Origin: Eledone cirrhosa
Lineage: Eukaryota
Direction of reading: 5' to 3'
Length of the DNA: 64,000 bases
Assembly: GCA_964016885.1 (NCBI GenBank)
Contig: OZ024741.1
Coordinates: forward strand, 496,001-560,000
The translations under genes were made by a program, and so were the position numbers. Below are positions 1 through 16,480 of the stretch, in pieces. The notes below the pieces were generated by a model, which saw only the letters and a list, made by a program, of their open reading frames with translations, was not told the origin of the DNA and ran no database searches. How positions within the stretch are numbered: the first letter of the stretch is position 1; every line of letters begins with the position of its first letter.

Positions 1-1700
1 CTTGTGTTTCACCCTGCTCATGTGGGAAGGGAGTTTTCTTTTGTGCTAACTTTATTTTTTCCATATGTCTTACCAAGTCTGCCTTTCTAAATTATTGTAT
101 GTTTCTTCCATGTTATTTATCCATTCTGCATTTGCATTATGAGATTCTTCTGTACTCCATACTCTTTTCCAAAATTCACCAATCTCATGAATTGAAGGAG
201 ATCCTTTTACCTGAATTGTCTCTGTCCTGATTTCTCCATAAAACCTCCTTTTTGCATCAAACATAAACAGCTTATTTTGTCTGTAAAACCTATTTCGTTT
301 TTCTAATTTTCTGATTCTTTAAGCTTTCAGGGTTTCTTTGGTTGATGGAATATCAAGTTTTGAAGTTACGTTGTATTTCATAATCACTTTCCTTCCTTTT
401 CTTGCCTTGACATACTTCCCAGCACAGATTTGATCTAGGATCCATATTTCTCCCTCCGTCATTTCAATTTCTTTCACAATTTTTATTTTCCAGATTGTTT
501 TTTTTTTAATCTTTTTTCTTGTGAGTGTTGTGTCCTTTTCATTTTTTCCTTAACCCTTTAGCATTTGCATTACTCTATATATACTATTTTTGCAGTAAAG
601 GCTTTATCTTACATAATTATCTCACATAATATCAAATTTATGAGATTTTGATATTATTTATTTTGAAAACAATACTTTAACATTGGTATGAGTGGCCTGT
701 TTGAACAGAAGAGGTGAGAGAATTCTGGCCGGATACAGCCGGTTTGAATGCTAAAGGGTTAACCTAGATTTCCTTTCTATTACCATTTCTACTTCATAAA
801 TAACCTCATTCAATTCTGATATATCAGGCTCTATCTCTTCAATTATTGCTTTAACAGCCTGATTTCCAATTTTTATGTGTCTTTTGTTCTGGTTGTTGAT
901 TCTCAATTTTTGCAAGAACTCTTTAACCCATACTAATGTTTTGGGGGTTCATTGAGAATTTCTTGTTTTGTTTGTTCTTTGCGTTCATGAGTAGAAATAT
1001 CCTCATCCATATTGTCAACCTGTCTTTCATCTTGACCCTGCTCTGTTGGGTTTCGGATACTTTCAATTTTTTGTGAAATTTCTTCTGGTGACAATATAGT
1101 CAATAAGTTTTGGGGTTTCTCTTCTGTCGCTCAACATTCTTCTTGATTTCATTTAACTCTGCATTTAGTTTCCAAGAATGTCCTTTCTTACATTTGCAAA
1201 ATTGTTTTCATCCATATTTGGTCTCGTGTCCAAATTTCTTTCCCTCCATAAAAGAATTTTCTGTGTTTTGATTCTGGCGGTTTTTCTCAATGAGTGATAG
1301 AATGCATATATCACTCTTTTATACTCGTCTTGAGTCCATTTGATGCATTTAAATTTTTGTCTTCCTTATGGTGCTGAACATGGAGAGCTTGGGTTGAGAT
1401 TACTCTTGATGAAGTGACCATTCAAGTGTGTATTTGGAGAAAACCTTGTTTCAGCGGCATACTTGTTGACTCTAGGCTGATTCCTCCCTGAGGGATGTGG
1501 CCCTTGTTGACCCAGGCAACAACCAACCTGATATGTGTTTTTGTCTGTAGGCATTGTGGTTTTTTTTTCTTTTTGCATTTTATCCTTCACTGCCTAGGGG
1601 TAATTTTGTTCCAAATACCACCTCAAGGACGATTATCAACCAGGATTAGTGAGCTCATCCATCAGATGCCAGTTATATATTTCTTGGTCATGATTATTAT
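1..1700 (-). mobile_element. Degenerate 5' part of an R4/Dong-like (RLE-type) non-LTR retrotransposon
   Basis: ORF 70-264 (RRFYGEI...EIGEFWKRVWS...HNANAEWI) resembles the pre-RT region of R4/Dong ORFs; many stops and frameshifts; same strand as the adjacent RT/RLE remnant. Confidence 0.6.
554..758. mobile_element. piggyBac-type MITE (205 bp)
   Basis: Terminal inverted repeats CCCTTTAGCATT (554-565) and AATGCTAAAGGG (747-758), flanked by TTAA at 550-553 and 759-762. Confidence 0.8.
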
Positions 1701-1759
1701 TAGAGCTGTCCTTAATGTCTTCTTCTTGTAAACGCTTTGCAGTTAATATAAAAAATCAT

Positions 1760-4280
1760 TACTACTACTACTACCATCACCACTACCACTATTATTATTA
1801 CTACTATTATTATTATTATTGTTATTTCATTTATCTTGCTTTATGTTCATACGAGTTATCACCAAGTCACAACCAGTGACCTCAAGAGATAACAAGGTCT
1901 GCCATGTTCAAGAAATTTTTTTAAAAACCATATACACACATGTATCTTTAGGTGTTTACACTTGTGATATACTTATATCGACAGAATTTTCCTAAGTAGA
2001 TGGGCAGTTCCCATTACTACTATCTTTTGTATTTCTTCTATACATGGGTTTCCTGGGATTTGGGATAAGTAATCATTAACCCCCTTAGGTATCATTCCTA
2101 GAGCGCCTACAACCACTGGTATTGTTTTAGTCCTCAACTTCCACATTTTTCCAATCTCTATTTTCAAGGTCTTTATATTTGCTCAATTTTTCAAATGTTT
2201 TTATAGATACATTCTTGTCTATTGGAACGGACATATCAATTAGCAGGCATACCATCTTTTAAAAGTCCTTCAGTATTATATCAGCTCTATTTGCATCTAT
2301 TTTTCAGTCTGTTTGGATGCTAAAATTCAACAAAATTGAGATGTGACCTTTTTCAAGTACGGGAGGTGGTTGATACTCCCACCAATTCTTTTGATGGGGC
2401 AGGTCAAAATGTTTACACATTATCCAATGTATGTATTGTGTAACTCTGTCGTGCCTGTTAAGGTATTCGGTTGGAGTTATAGGATTGCACATTGAAATAT
2501 GATCAATGCTCTCTGGTTGTTTTTTTACATACTCGGCATAATGGGTTGCATCCATTTTTTATGATGTTGGCTTGATAATTTTTTGTTGGCAGACACTGAT
2601 GTTGTGCTGATATAATCAGTCCTTCAGTCTCCGATTTCAGCCAACTACTGATGGGTTAAAGTTTTGTCAAAATCAGAATTGTTAGCTCTTTCTGGGTATT
2701 TTCCATATAGAGGCTTTTCTTGCCATTTCTTAGCCAGTTTCTTTAATAGTTCTTTCTTTGCTTTTTCTGTGTTTTTCATTTCAGCAGTTAAGGGAACTTC
2801 TTAAATTTGTAATTCATTATTGTATCTATGTGCACCTTTCGTAATGGAGTATGATCTTTTGTTGCTTTCATGTTTCAATCATGTGATTCTCTTAAATATG
2901 TAGATAATCCAATTGTTGCAGTTTTCAAAGCATTACCTAACTGGATTAATCCACGTTCTCCTTCTTTCCTAGGGAGATATATTCTATCTGTATCTGCCTT
3001 AGGGTGATGCATTCTGTGCATGGTGAAGTGTTTTCTGATTTTTGTATCGAGTTTACAAATCTCTGTACTTGACCAGTTGATGACATTGAAACTGTAAGTT
3101 ATTACTGGTATGGCAAATGTGTTTATGACATCGATCCTATTACTTGCATTCAACTCTGATCTTAGAACTGCTCTTACTCTGTGGTAACATTCCCTCTTTA
3201 TCCTTTCCCTCATGTCGAGTGCTTGATTCTGTCTCCTTCACAAACACCTAGATATTTATAAGTTTCTTCTTGATCAAGTTCTCTTATCACATTCCCTCGA
3301 TCAAGATTAATATCTGAACTTTTGAGCAGCTTTCCTTTTATGTACGTGGTTTTGGCGCATTCATCTAGTCCAAACTCCATTTTAATATCATCACAGAACT
3401 GCTTCACAGTGGATAATAGCCCTTCAGTTTGTTGTTTCAAGGTATTTGGCCAGTCCAATAGCGGTGCTCTTGTAGGTAAGTTAGTTCAAATTGGATCAGG
3501 CCTCCTTTAGTTCTAGGAAGGTAAGGATGATCCACATCTGCCTTCAGGTGGTGCATCCTATAACAACTCAGTAACTTACAGATTTTGTTTTGATTCTTTT
3601 AATTACACCTATTTTGCAGTTCAACACACCAAATCTATAAGTGATAACTAGAACTGCCAAGGAATTTATGGCTAACACCTTGTTATGAGCATTTAGTTCT
3701 GATCTCAGAACTGCGTACACTTCCCTGTAACATTTCTTCCTTATCCTCTCTTTCATACTTGTGTAGCGACTAGTGCCACCTTGCCCGGGGAGAAAAAACT
3801 AATTGGAGTTACTTCCCGTTGAATTCTAGAAGATTCCTTGAACTTCTGGTCTAGGGATTATAAAGGAGGGAGAAAAGAGACATCTTAGCTTATTTGGCGA
3901 CCGGCTCTCGGACAGTTCACTCACGAGCGAGTTTGTTAACCTTATTATATCTGTATCGAATTTAATTAGTGGTTGGCCTGCAGTGGCGTTCACCAAAGTA
4001 AATAGCCCTGTGACCAATTCACTAAATGTGCATGCTGCATGCCAGAACCTTCATTAATCCCTAAGTATTTATAGGTTTGTTCCTACTCAAGTTCCTTTAT
4101 GACTGTTTCAGCATCTAATTCAACTGAGTTTGAGTTGACAAACTTCCCTGTCTTGAAAGTGGCTTTGGCACACTTATCAAGTCCAAATTCTATCCTGATG
4201 TCATCACTAAATGTTTTTACTGTCCGCAAAAGACCTTCCAGGTCATCATTGTCTTTGCAATATAGCTTTAGATCATCTGT
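1760..4280 (-). mobile_element. R4/Dong-like non-LTR retrotransposon 3' remnants (RT C-terminus, zinc-knuckle region, restriction-like endonuclease), with the RT segment present twice
   Basis: ORF fragments MEFGLDECAK/YKYLG (3210-3458), ELNASNRIDVINTFAIPVITYSF (2875-3213), ESIDHI...RHDRV...IHW (2304-2555), EIGKMWKLRTKTIPVVVGALG (1973-2167); (TAA/TAG)n tail at about 1760-1820; second RT fragment at 3540-4280. Confidence 0.8.
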
Positions 4281-4281
4281 C

Positions 4282-5260
4282 CTAAGCCTCGCCTAACTGC
4301 ATTGGAGCGTTTGCTCTTTCGCTTTTTGTGGAAGGCATGTGCTCCGATGGTCAGACGGTCCATTTTCTGTCAATACCCACTATGTGGAGGGCTTGGCATG
4401 TCGTGGCTGATGGTGCGCAGACATGCGATCAAGCTATGACATCTCCACCTCTTCCTCAGCGATGATCAGGTGTGGTCACCGTATGCTAGATGCGTTTTTC
4501 CCCAGCTCGTCTCCCTAACGGAGCTGCAATCCTGGGTCAAGCAAAGACCGAGAGGGAGTGTTTGGAGATTGGAATGTCTTCAGGTGCTCACAGTCCTTGA
4601 CCAATTGAGCAATGCGATCAATGGAAACTCCACCTTGGCGTTCTATAGAGGGTTCATGGAGGGAAACAGTGACAACGTCCTTGGGGAGACTCTGGGCATC
4701 AACGAAAATCAGCTAGCCAATCTCTTCAGGAGAACTTTCGGGCCAGGGCCCATTGAGAACTTCCAGAAATCCCTGGCCTGGCAGTGCTACTGGGGAGCTT
4801 TGCCAGTTCGGGATAAACTCTACAGGCATGGAAGTGCTGTCAGCCGGGCCTGTCCGAAATGCGCACAGGGTGACAAAACCGTCCTGCATGCACTCATCCA
4901 GTGTCCGAGCATTGCTGACTTGTGGGTTTATGTCAAACACCTGCTGTCGTGTGTAGGACAGAACCGGCTATCAGCTGAGTCCATCATGAGGATCGTCCCA
5001 CCGTCTTCCTTTAGCAGGGAAGGGCAGGCAGTTTTTATCTGCCTGGTGGCCATGGCGGAAGAGATCGTGTTTGAAAGGGCTGATGACGAGCACTTATCTC
5101 TTCGATGATGCCCTGATTAACTTTTTAAAATTTCATTTTAAAAGGAAAATCAGGGTGGAGAGGGAATTGCTCTCTTCCCAGCAATTTGTTGGAAGATGGG
5201 TGAGAGAGGCAAACATGACCCTTTGTGGAATAGGGTTACAGCCCTTTACATTTTGAGAAC
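4282..5260 (+). mobile_element. Tx1/L1-like LINE 3' fragment with zf-RVT-type zinc-binding domain
   Basis: ORF 4470-5108 contains WQCYWGALPVRDKLYRHG...CPKC...TVLHALIQC (CCHC-type C-terminal motif of L1/Tx1 ORF2); GC-richer than the flanks. Confidence 0.7.
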
Positions 5261-6147
5261 AAATCGTTCCGAGGTTAACTTTCCCTTTCAATCTTACTGG
5301 GGTTGATTTAATCAATATTCCCTTCTCCCCGAAAAAAATTGTTGGACTTGTGCCTAAATTAGAAACCATTTTTAGACTATTTTATTTAATCTGAGTTATG
5401 GCAAAATCTTCTAATTCAATTTATTATTATATAATTTCAGGTTAGAATACATTCCGCCTATAGTGAAACTGGTTATAATAAAAAGCAACGTTGGGAATAT
5501 AGACCATTACTAACGGTAAGTTCCCTATTGTTATTTTATTGGTTTTAATGGGTCGCAGGTGGCAGATAGTGATGGCTAGTTTTGATATAAGTGGGGAACT
5601 GCTGGATGAATAAGCAACCCCGAACCAACAGCAGTAAACTACTTGGGGAGATCGAGAAATGAGTGACACTTGTAGCTTTCAAGAAAAGTCTCTCAACGTA
5701 GTGGTGTGGCTACGATGAGATGAGTTAAGGCTGCCTCTAAATAAGCCTAGTCTTCACGGGTTTAAGAAAGAACCATACAGCATCGTCCTTTACGCGGGTT
5801 AACAAGGGATGCGTTTAGGCCTCAGGTAGAGGAGCCTACTCAAAAAATATATTGCAGTCTCCATTTCATGCCACACAAACTGGCAATGGGCCTGCAACCT
5901 GTGCTGGGAGGTGTGGTATAGTGGCACAAAGATTGTGTATCCCAAGATGCCAAAGAGGGTTCAGAAGGGAGAAAACCTTGACAATTGGAACAGTTTTTTT
6001 TACTGCAACCATGCCTGGGCATTGTTTTCAGTTCATAATAACCCCAGTAGTTGTTTACAAACCAATAAAGGAGCTTCTTTATGGTTGTTTCAGCTGGTAG
6101 AAAGAACAGCCAAATCGATTGCAGATCTCACACTACCATTTTATATA

Positions 6148-7215
6148 GGTATAGATTTTATATGTGGCCAGTGCTCTGGTGCAATAAGTAGCAGCAAGTG
6201 CCCACAGAATACTAACACATTCCATTGCACAGATGGTTCTATAGAAATAGTGGACAGCTTCCGTTACCTGGGCGACAAAATCAGCAGTGGGGGAGGGTAC
6301 TCTGAAAGTACAGTAGCTAGAGTCAGAACGGGATGGAAAAAGTTCAGAGAGCTTATACCACTATTGGCCGCTAAAGGGTTCTCTCTAAAAATGAAAGGCA
6401 GGCTGTATGATGCCTGCATACGAACAGCAATGTTACATGGCAGTGAGACCTGGGCATTGTGTGCAGAGGATATACGCAGACTGGAGAGAAACGAAGCTTG
6501 CATGCTCCGCTGGATGTGTAATAGTAATATACGTGAACGGCAAAGCATAAACGAACTAAGGGAGAAATTAGAAATAAGAGGGATCAGATGCTGTTTACTC
6601 AAGAGAAGACTACGTTGGTATGGTCACGTGATGCGCATGAAAGACGACAGCTGTATAAAAAAGTCCAGGGCAATAAAAATAGACGGTAGCCACGGAGTAG
6701 GCAGACCCAGAAAAACCTGGGACGACTTGATAAATTCCGACCTCACACACTTACACCTCTCCAAGACAATGTCACTGGACCGAGATCTTTGGCGCTACAC
6801 AGTAATAGAGAAGACCCGCCTTACCTAAGTGCAAAGTGAAACCTACTACAGTCAGTAGGCACCTCTAACAAAATACACCCCTGTCCCACTACTCCCACCC
6901 CATCTACACCACCCCTTTCAATGTAAAGTTATGTTGGTACCACAACATCCAGCCCGAAACAAATGAGGTCGTGTAGGTGTCACAACAAAAAAACACACAG
7001 TCCACGCTGTAATGTGGCCGTGTAGGTAACACGGTAAAAACCTCCCAGTTCCACACTGTAAATGTGGTTGGTGTTAGGAAGGGCATCCAGCCGTAGAAAA
7101 CCCGCCAGACAGTCCTATGCAAGCAAGACAACCACTCTTGCCTCAAGTGGGAAAACTCCCGTCCAAACCCATGCGAGCGTGGAATATGGACGTTAAACGA
7201 TGATGATGATGATGA
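6148..7215 (+). mobile_element. 5'-truncated RTE-clade LINE
   Basis: FRYLG, AMLHGSETW, RLRWYGHVMR and GRPRKTW motifs in ORF 5911-6828; 3' UTR ends in (GAT)n at about 7199-7215; near-identical to copies at 27-28 kb and 54.5-59 kb. Confidence 0.9.
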
Positions 7216-7799
7216 CTAGACACATTAGATGGCATATATATATATATGACTGTCAATTGCCTAAACTATATAAACAAATCTACCCAGATTCAAAGTTATC
7301 CATGAACACAATTATATACAAGCCAACCCCACAATAGGACTACCATAGGCCTGCTAGTGGGTATCTCAGGCCAAATGGCATCAAGGTATGACATGCATAT
7401 ACATAATTAAAATCATCAGGTGCCTAAACTGACCATGTTTCTCCAAAGGTAGAATGTACTTTAATGTTTCAGTTGCTTTCATTTCAAGATCAAAAACTGG
7501 AAAGTAGAAATATGAATCCAATTTTATATATATATTTTAAAAAACCCATTCTTAATAAGAATGTTAATGAAATCTACATCGACTTGTTTCAGAAACCTAA
7601 TGTGGTGGAAGGGCGTCTAAGATTATAGAAAACTAATTCACACAACAGAATATGAGGAAATGTTTTTGTTTCATAATGTGAGAAGGGTTAGATTTGACAA
7701 CTGATATTGGCGTGGTAGGTGTACTTATAACAACTAACACACAACAGAACATGAAGAAATTTGTTTTGCTTTATAACTTCGTAATAAGACGCCCTGCTC

Positions 7800-9580
7800 C
7801 ACACCTGCTATTAAGGTGGAGAGAATATTTTGCTTGTCTCCTAAACCCGATCACATCATCTTCTGATGTACACAAGATACTTCTGGGAGCAGTGACTAAT
7901 CTCTCAGAGGTTGAGGTTACAAGAGCAGTTAAGGAGCTCAAATGTGGCAAGGCCACTGAGGAAGGTGAAATCCGGCCCAAGATGTTAAAAGCATTAAATA
8001 GAGAAGGTATTCTCTGGCTGACTCATGTGTGCTGGGTGGCCTGGATCTCTGGAAAGTCACCTAAGTAATGGCAATCAGAAGTGATAATCTCAATTTTCAT
8101 AAAGGGAGACAAGAGAGATTGTTTCAATTACAGAGGGGTTAAACTTCCCTAGTAAAGTTTATGCTAAGTGTCTAGCAAAGAGATACAAGGAGATTATCGA
8201 GTCAAAGCTAGCTGAAGAACAGTGAGGTTTTCACTCCGGACGCAGCCAACCAAATATTCACACTGCAGCAGGTCTTCAAGAAATTGTAGGAGTATTGCCA
8301 AGAGGTATATTCTTGTTTTGTAGATCTTGGAAAGGCATATGACCGTGTTCTTTGGCTGCTGTAGAAGGTTGTGGAGGAGTATGAGATTGATGGTCAGCTT
8401 CTTGCTGCCCTGATGTCTATACAAATGCCCGAGTATTTGTGTTTGGATAAATGGTGCTAAATCAAAACCATTCAATGGGGAGTCGGACTCTGCCAAGGGT
8501 GTGTACTGTTACCTCTTCTGTTCATTATTTACATGAACAGGGCGGTAGATTGGCAGTACCGGTAAAGGGTCGGGCGCCATGCTTTGAAGCATAGAGTTAC
8601 CTCCCTTTATGATCTGAGTTCAAATCCCGCCGAGGTTAACTTTGCCTTTCATCCTTATGGGGTCGATAAAATAAAGTACCAGTAATGCACTGGGATAATT
8701 GCTGGCCTGGTGCCAAAAGTAGAAACAATTATTTACATGAACTGGGTTGGAAGTGGTATCACGTCTGGCAGGTGTAAGATCAGTTGGCTGGAATTTGCAG
8801 GCGACCTGGTATTACTTAACTTCGACTTGCACTTGATAGGTTTGATGCCGAATGCTGCATGGCTGGACTGAAAAGCAGTGCTGCAAAAACTGAGACACTT
8901 GTCCTCTCATGGAAGCCTGCACAATGCACTCTACATGTGAATGGAGTTCCACTGAAGTTCAAGTATCTTGGGGCTGTGTTCACGAGTGATGAAGGCAAGA
9001 GGCTGAATTCAGTGCAAGGATTGCAGGAGCTGGTGCAGTGATGTGTCAACTTCAGTATTCGGTAATCAGAAGAAGGGAGGTAGTCATAAAAGCCAAACTT
9101 GCTATCTTCAATTCGGTATTCATGCCAACCCTTACCTATGGTCATGAATGTTAGGCAATGACTGAAAGAATATGATCGTGAATACAAGCAGCCAAAATAG
9201 GGTTCCCTCAAAGGGTTTTGGAATAACGTTACTTGATAGAGTGTGTAGCTTGGAGAACAGAGTCACTCCAGATAGACGCTACTGCTCAGAATTAAGATAT
9301 CACAATTCCGATATTATAGACAAGTGGTTAGAATGTCTCAGGAAGAATTGCTGGACAAATTTTATGAACAAAACCAACAGGCAAAAGACCCAGGGGTAGA
9401 CCCTGAGCAAGATGGTTGGATAACATCCATGAGCTTGGTTGGTCTCACTTGGAGATCCAGCTGGATTAGTTGGAGCCGGTTGCCTCTAACATGACCTACT
9501 GGAAGGAATGTTTGAGGACTCTGTCTCCACGACCCACTCAGGAATAAGTGGCCGAAGAAGAAGGAGAAAGGGGAATTTAC
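7800..9580 (+). mobile_element. Degenerate RTE-like LINE (second family), interrupted by a SINE
   Basis: RWREYF...LLN, EVTRAVKELKCGKA, IRPKMLKAL and FKYLG fragments; a related fragment lies at about 24520-24995. Confidence 0.75.
8540..8730 (+). mobile_element. tRNA-derived SINE with target-site duplication
   Basis: A-box-like TGGCAGTACCGG and B-box GAGTTCAAATCC; flanking direct repeat TTATTTACATGAAC (8525-8538 and about 8729-8742); other copies at about 29640-29850 (-), 53935-54110 (-), 59459-59645 (+). Confidence 0.85.
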
Positions 9581-10329
9581 CAAAATTGAAAATGGATAAA
9601 GGAAAATTTTACTTGTTAAATTTGTCCTCCTGTATCTTGTACTAATTCACATATTCCACATATATGCATTTTCATTTTAATGGAAAAAAAAAAAATAGCA
9701 GCTGTATTGCAGATTAGAATTTTAAATCAAGCCTCTCCCTTCATATCTCACTTTTGGTTCTCTAGGATGCAATGGCCCTTTTGATTCCTTGAGTTTGAGA
9801 CCCCCTGATCTAAATCCTAGAAATATTGTCTGTTGTTAATTCCAATTCTGCGATCTTTACTTCTGGATATGAATTGTGTATGTTTTTGATGTTTTTTATC
9901 CACTGAGTCTTTATTGAGCCGACCTACAAACACAGACGTTCCAGCCATGCCCACTCTGTATTTCTTCTATATCTAGAACTATGTTCTTTAACTCTTTATG
10001 ATACTGAACCAACTAAATCTACTCTAAGTTCTATGATATTAAGTTATTCATTTTGAGTGTTTATATTATCTCGACAAAGTTTTATGTAAGAACATTTCTG
10101 AAGTTACACCCCAAACATCAGTTTAATGATGAAAAAGTTATGTTACTAAATCTCTACAATTTTTTTATAAACATCATAAACTTTTTTTTATGATTTCAAA
10201 ATTATAGGGAGTCTTAAATTAGAAATATGGTAAGAAAAAAGAAAAAAGTTTTGTTTTTTAACATTCCTGGATTTATTTTTTATGTTTATTATTATTATTT
10301 TCTGTCCCTTCTTGTTTTACATCTCACAG

Positions 10330-10468
10330 GCTTTTAGTAGTGATAGCATATTCAAGAACTTTTGCCTTGCTCACCTCTTCACTTGTCAAAAATTCGAAGA
10401 TGGTGTCCTTGGATTAGCTTATATAGCCTCAGATCGTCGTAAAACTCTTGGAGGTATATGTTCATCAG
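10330..10468 (+). CDS. ADAM17: ADAM17/TACE-like metalloprotease, internal exon A (AFSSDSIFKNFCLAHLFTCQKFEDGVLGLAYIASDRRKTLGGICSS)
   Basis: Polypyrimidine tract plus CAG acceptor, GTAAGT donor; CLAHLFT...F..G.LGLAY...GG.C is the ADAM17/ADAM10 catalytic-domain signature; phase 0 in, phase 1 out. Confidence 0.92.
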
Positions 10469-11029
10469 GTAAGTACTCATTCTTTCCATCAGTAGCTACT
10501 TGCTTCTCTGTATTCCAGCTCAGTTATGATCTAACAGCCCATGAATCAAAGATTTCCCAGCCATGACCAGCCTATCTTTTGTTTTAGATGTAGTTTGTTA
10601 TTGAACTGCCTGTTTGTCTTTAGTCCCAGGACAACCATATTCAGGCAGGCATGGTTAAATATATTCCAGATATAGCCACCCTCTCTTCTATGGTGTATTA
10701 TTCAATGTATTTTTTTCTTATTTCAGATGATAGCGTATACTTTGAGATTAGTTGTAGTGACGTAATTGGCTCCCCTTTTTTCAGTGGGACATAAACAAAT
10801 ATCACGACCTATAAAAGCAGTGTCAAGTGCAAAGTAAAGACATACATGCACATACACATGTATATATACATATGCTTGTTTACCTGTACTTGTGTCAGTT
10901 TTGGCTCCAACCTGTGAATCCACAACATTGCAAACAGTTTATCTATGCAGTGATTGTAGGTGTCCAAGGTGGACAATGCCAGTCCTGGTTTCAACTGCAC
11001 ACACTGTGTGTGTATATATATATATTCAT

Positions 11030-14880
<3,851 letters not shown>

Positions 14881-15013
14881 AATATTATATATAGATATAT
14901 ATATATATATAAGTATTGAAATTTCCGTTGAAAACAGAAAAGGTCATAGAAGTGAAGAGTGCTCTATGTAAGTATCAGAGCAAAATTTAATGTATAAAAA
15001 TCAATACAATATA

Positions 15014-15091
15014 ATTACCTCATTACCAGAGGTTTCCCGAATGAGGCAAATACGAAAGAAACATCTTCATTCGTTCGTCAGACGAGGCAAT
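15014..15091 (-). ncRNA. Type I hammerhead ribozyme (mirror copy)
   Basis: Reverse complement of 16366-16443, with differences only in the stem II loop. Confidence 0.78.
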
Positions 15092-16365
15092 ATAAAACAT
15101 GGGTAAATACTTGGAAAGTCTCATCAAGAAAAGCAAAAAAACAAAAAAGATATAGACAAATGAATTAGAATATGAAATATATAATAATCTTTCAAGAAAT
15201 ATAGTTAGGTGTGTGTATATGTATGTATATACGTTCACAGATGTGCATATATGTGTATGCACATATGTATACGTATAGTGAAAAAGTGTGCGTAAATATA
15301 ATTTAGGGCAAATGTATCTGTATGTCTGTAATCTACAGACAGAATAGATACATCATAAGAAAATGAAGGCACGCGCATAAACACACCTACACACACGTAC
15401 ACTTAGATGCGGAAGTAAAAGAGGTAAGGGAGTGTAATAATTAAAGGAAAGTATCAATCTCGATATATTTATAAAAATGGAACAATTTAGAAAGAAAAAA
15501 TTAAAGAAAAGAAGACAAAAAAGGTACATACATACACACACGTATATCTCACAAAAAAACGCAAAAATATACATGCTTATATACACACGCACACTTACAC
15601 ATCCATACGTTCGATACGTACACACACACACACACACACACACATACTTACACTCACGCATATTGACCTGTTTGCATGCACACGTATGTGTATGTGATTT
15701 TATATCCGTGTTTTTACATCTAGGTTTTATGTTTTGTTCCTTTTTTCTTCTCCCCCTTTTTTTTACATCCTCATTTTTATGCGTGTGCATGCAAACAGGT
15801 CAATATGCGTGAGTGTAAGTATGTGTGTGTGTACGTATCGAACGTATGGATGTGTAAGTGTGCGTGTGTATATAAGCATGTATATTTTTGCGTTTTTTTT
15901 GTGAGATATACGTGTGTGTGTGTATGTACCTTGTTTGTCTTCTTTTCTTTAATTTTTTCTTTCTAAATTATGTTCCATTTTTATAAATATATCGAGATTG
16001 ATACTTTCCTTTAATTATTACACTCCCTTACCTCTTTTACTTCCGCATCTAAGTGTACGTGTGTGTAGGTGTGTTTATGCGCGTGCCTTCATTTTCTTAT
16101 GATGTATCTATTCTGTCTGTAGATTACAGACATACAGATACATTTGCCCTAAATTATATATTTACGCACACTTTTTCACTATACGTATACATATGTGCAT
16201 ACACATATATGCACATCTGTGAACGTATATACATACATATACACACACCTAACTATATTTCTTGAAAGATTATTATATATTTCATATTCTAATTCATTTG
16301 TCTATATCTTTTTTGTTTTTTTGCTTTTCTTGATGAGACTTTCCAAGTATTTACCCATGTTTTAT

Positions 16366-16443
16366 ATTGCCTCGTCTGACGAACGAATGAAGACGTTTCT
16401 TTCGTATTCGCCTCATTCGGGAAACCTCTGGTAATGAGGTAAT
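16366..16443 (+). ncRNA. Type I hammerhead ribozyme
   Basis: 10-bp stem I ATTGCCTCGT/ATGAGGTAAT, core CTGACGA (16376-16382), stem II CGAATGA/TCATTCG, GAAA (16421-16424), stem III ACC/GGT, GUA triplet. Confidence 0.8.
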
Positions 16444-16480
16444 TATATTGTATTGATTTTTATACATTATATATATATAT

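Larger units (their letters stand above)
14988..16469. repeat. Large palindrome made of two inverted Penelope-type pLTRs (arms about 700 bp, spacer about 93 bp)
   Basis: 14988-15686 is the near-perfect reverse complement of 15780-16469; mirrored ORFs 15023-15262 (-) and 16195-16434 (+) are almost identical. Confidence 0.95.

Noticed and set aside
5911-6147. Novel N-terminal domain fused to the RTE ORF
   Set aside because: Chance open frame upstream of a 5'-truncated insertion; absent from the full-length RTE copies.
8540-8640. tRNA gene
   Set aside because: A and B boxes belong to a SINE head; no complete cloverleaf, and multiple diverged copies with target duplications.
10282-10566. 94-aa single-exon ORF
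   Set aside because: Only 10330-10468 is exon; the flanks are intron read-through beyond clear splice sites.
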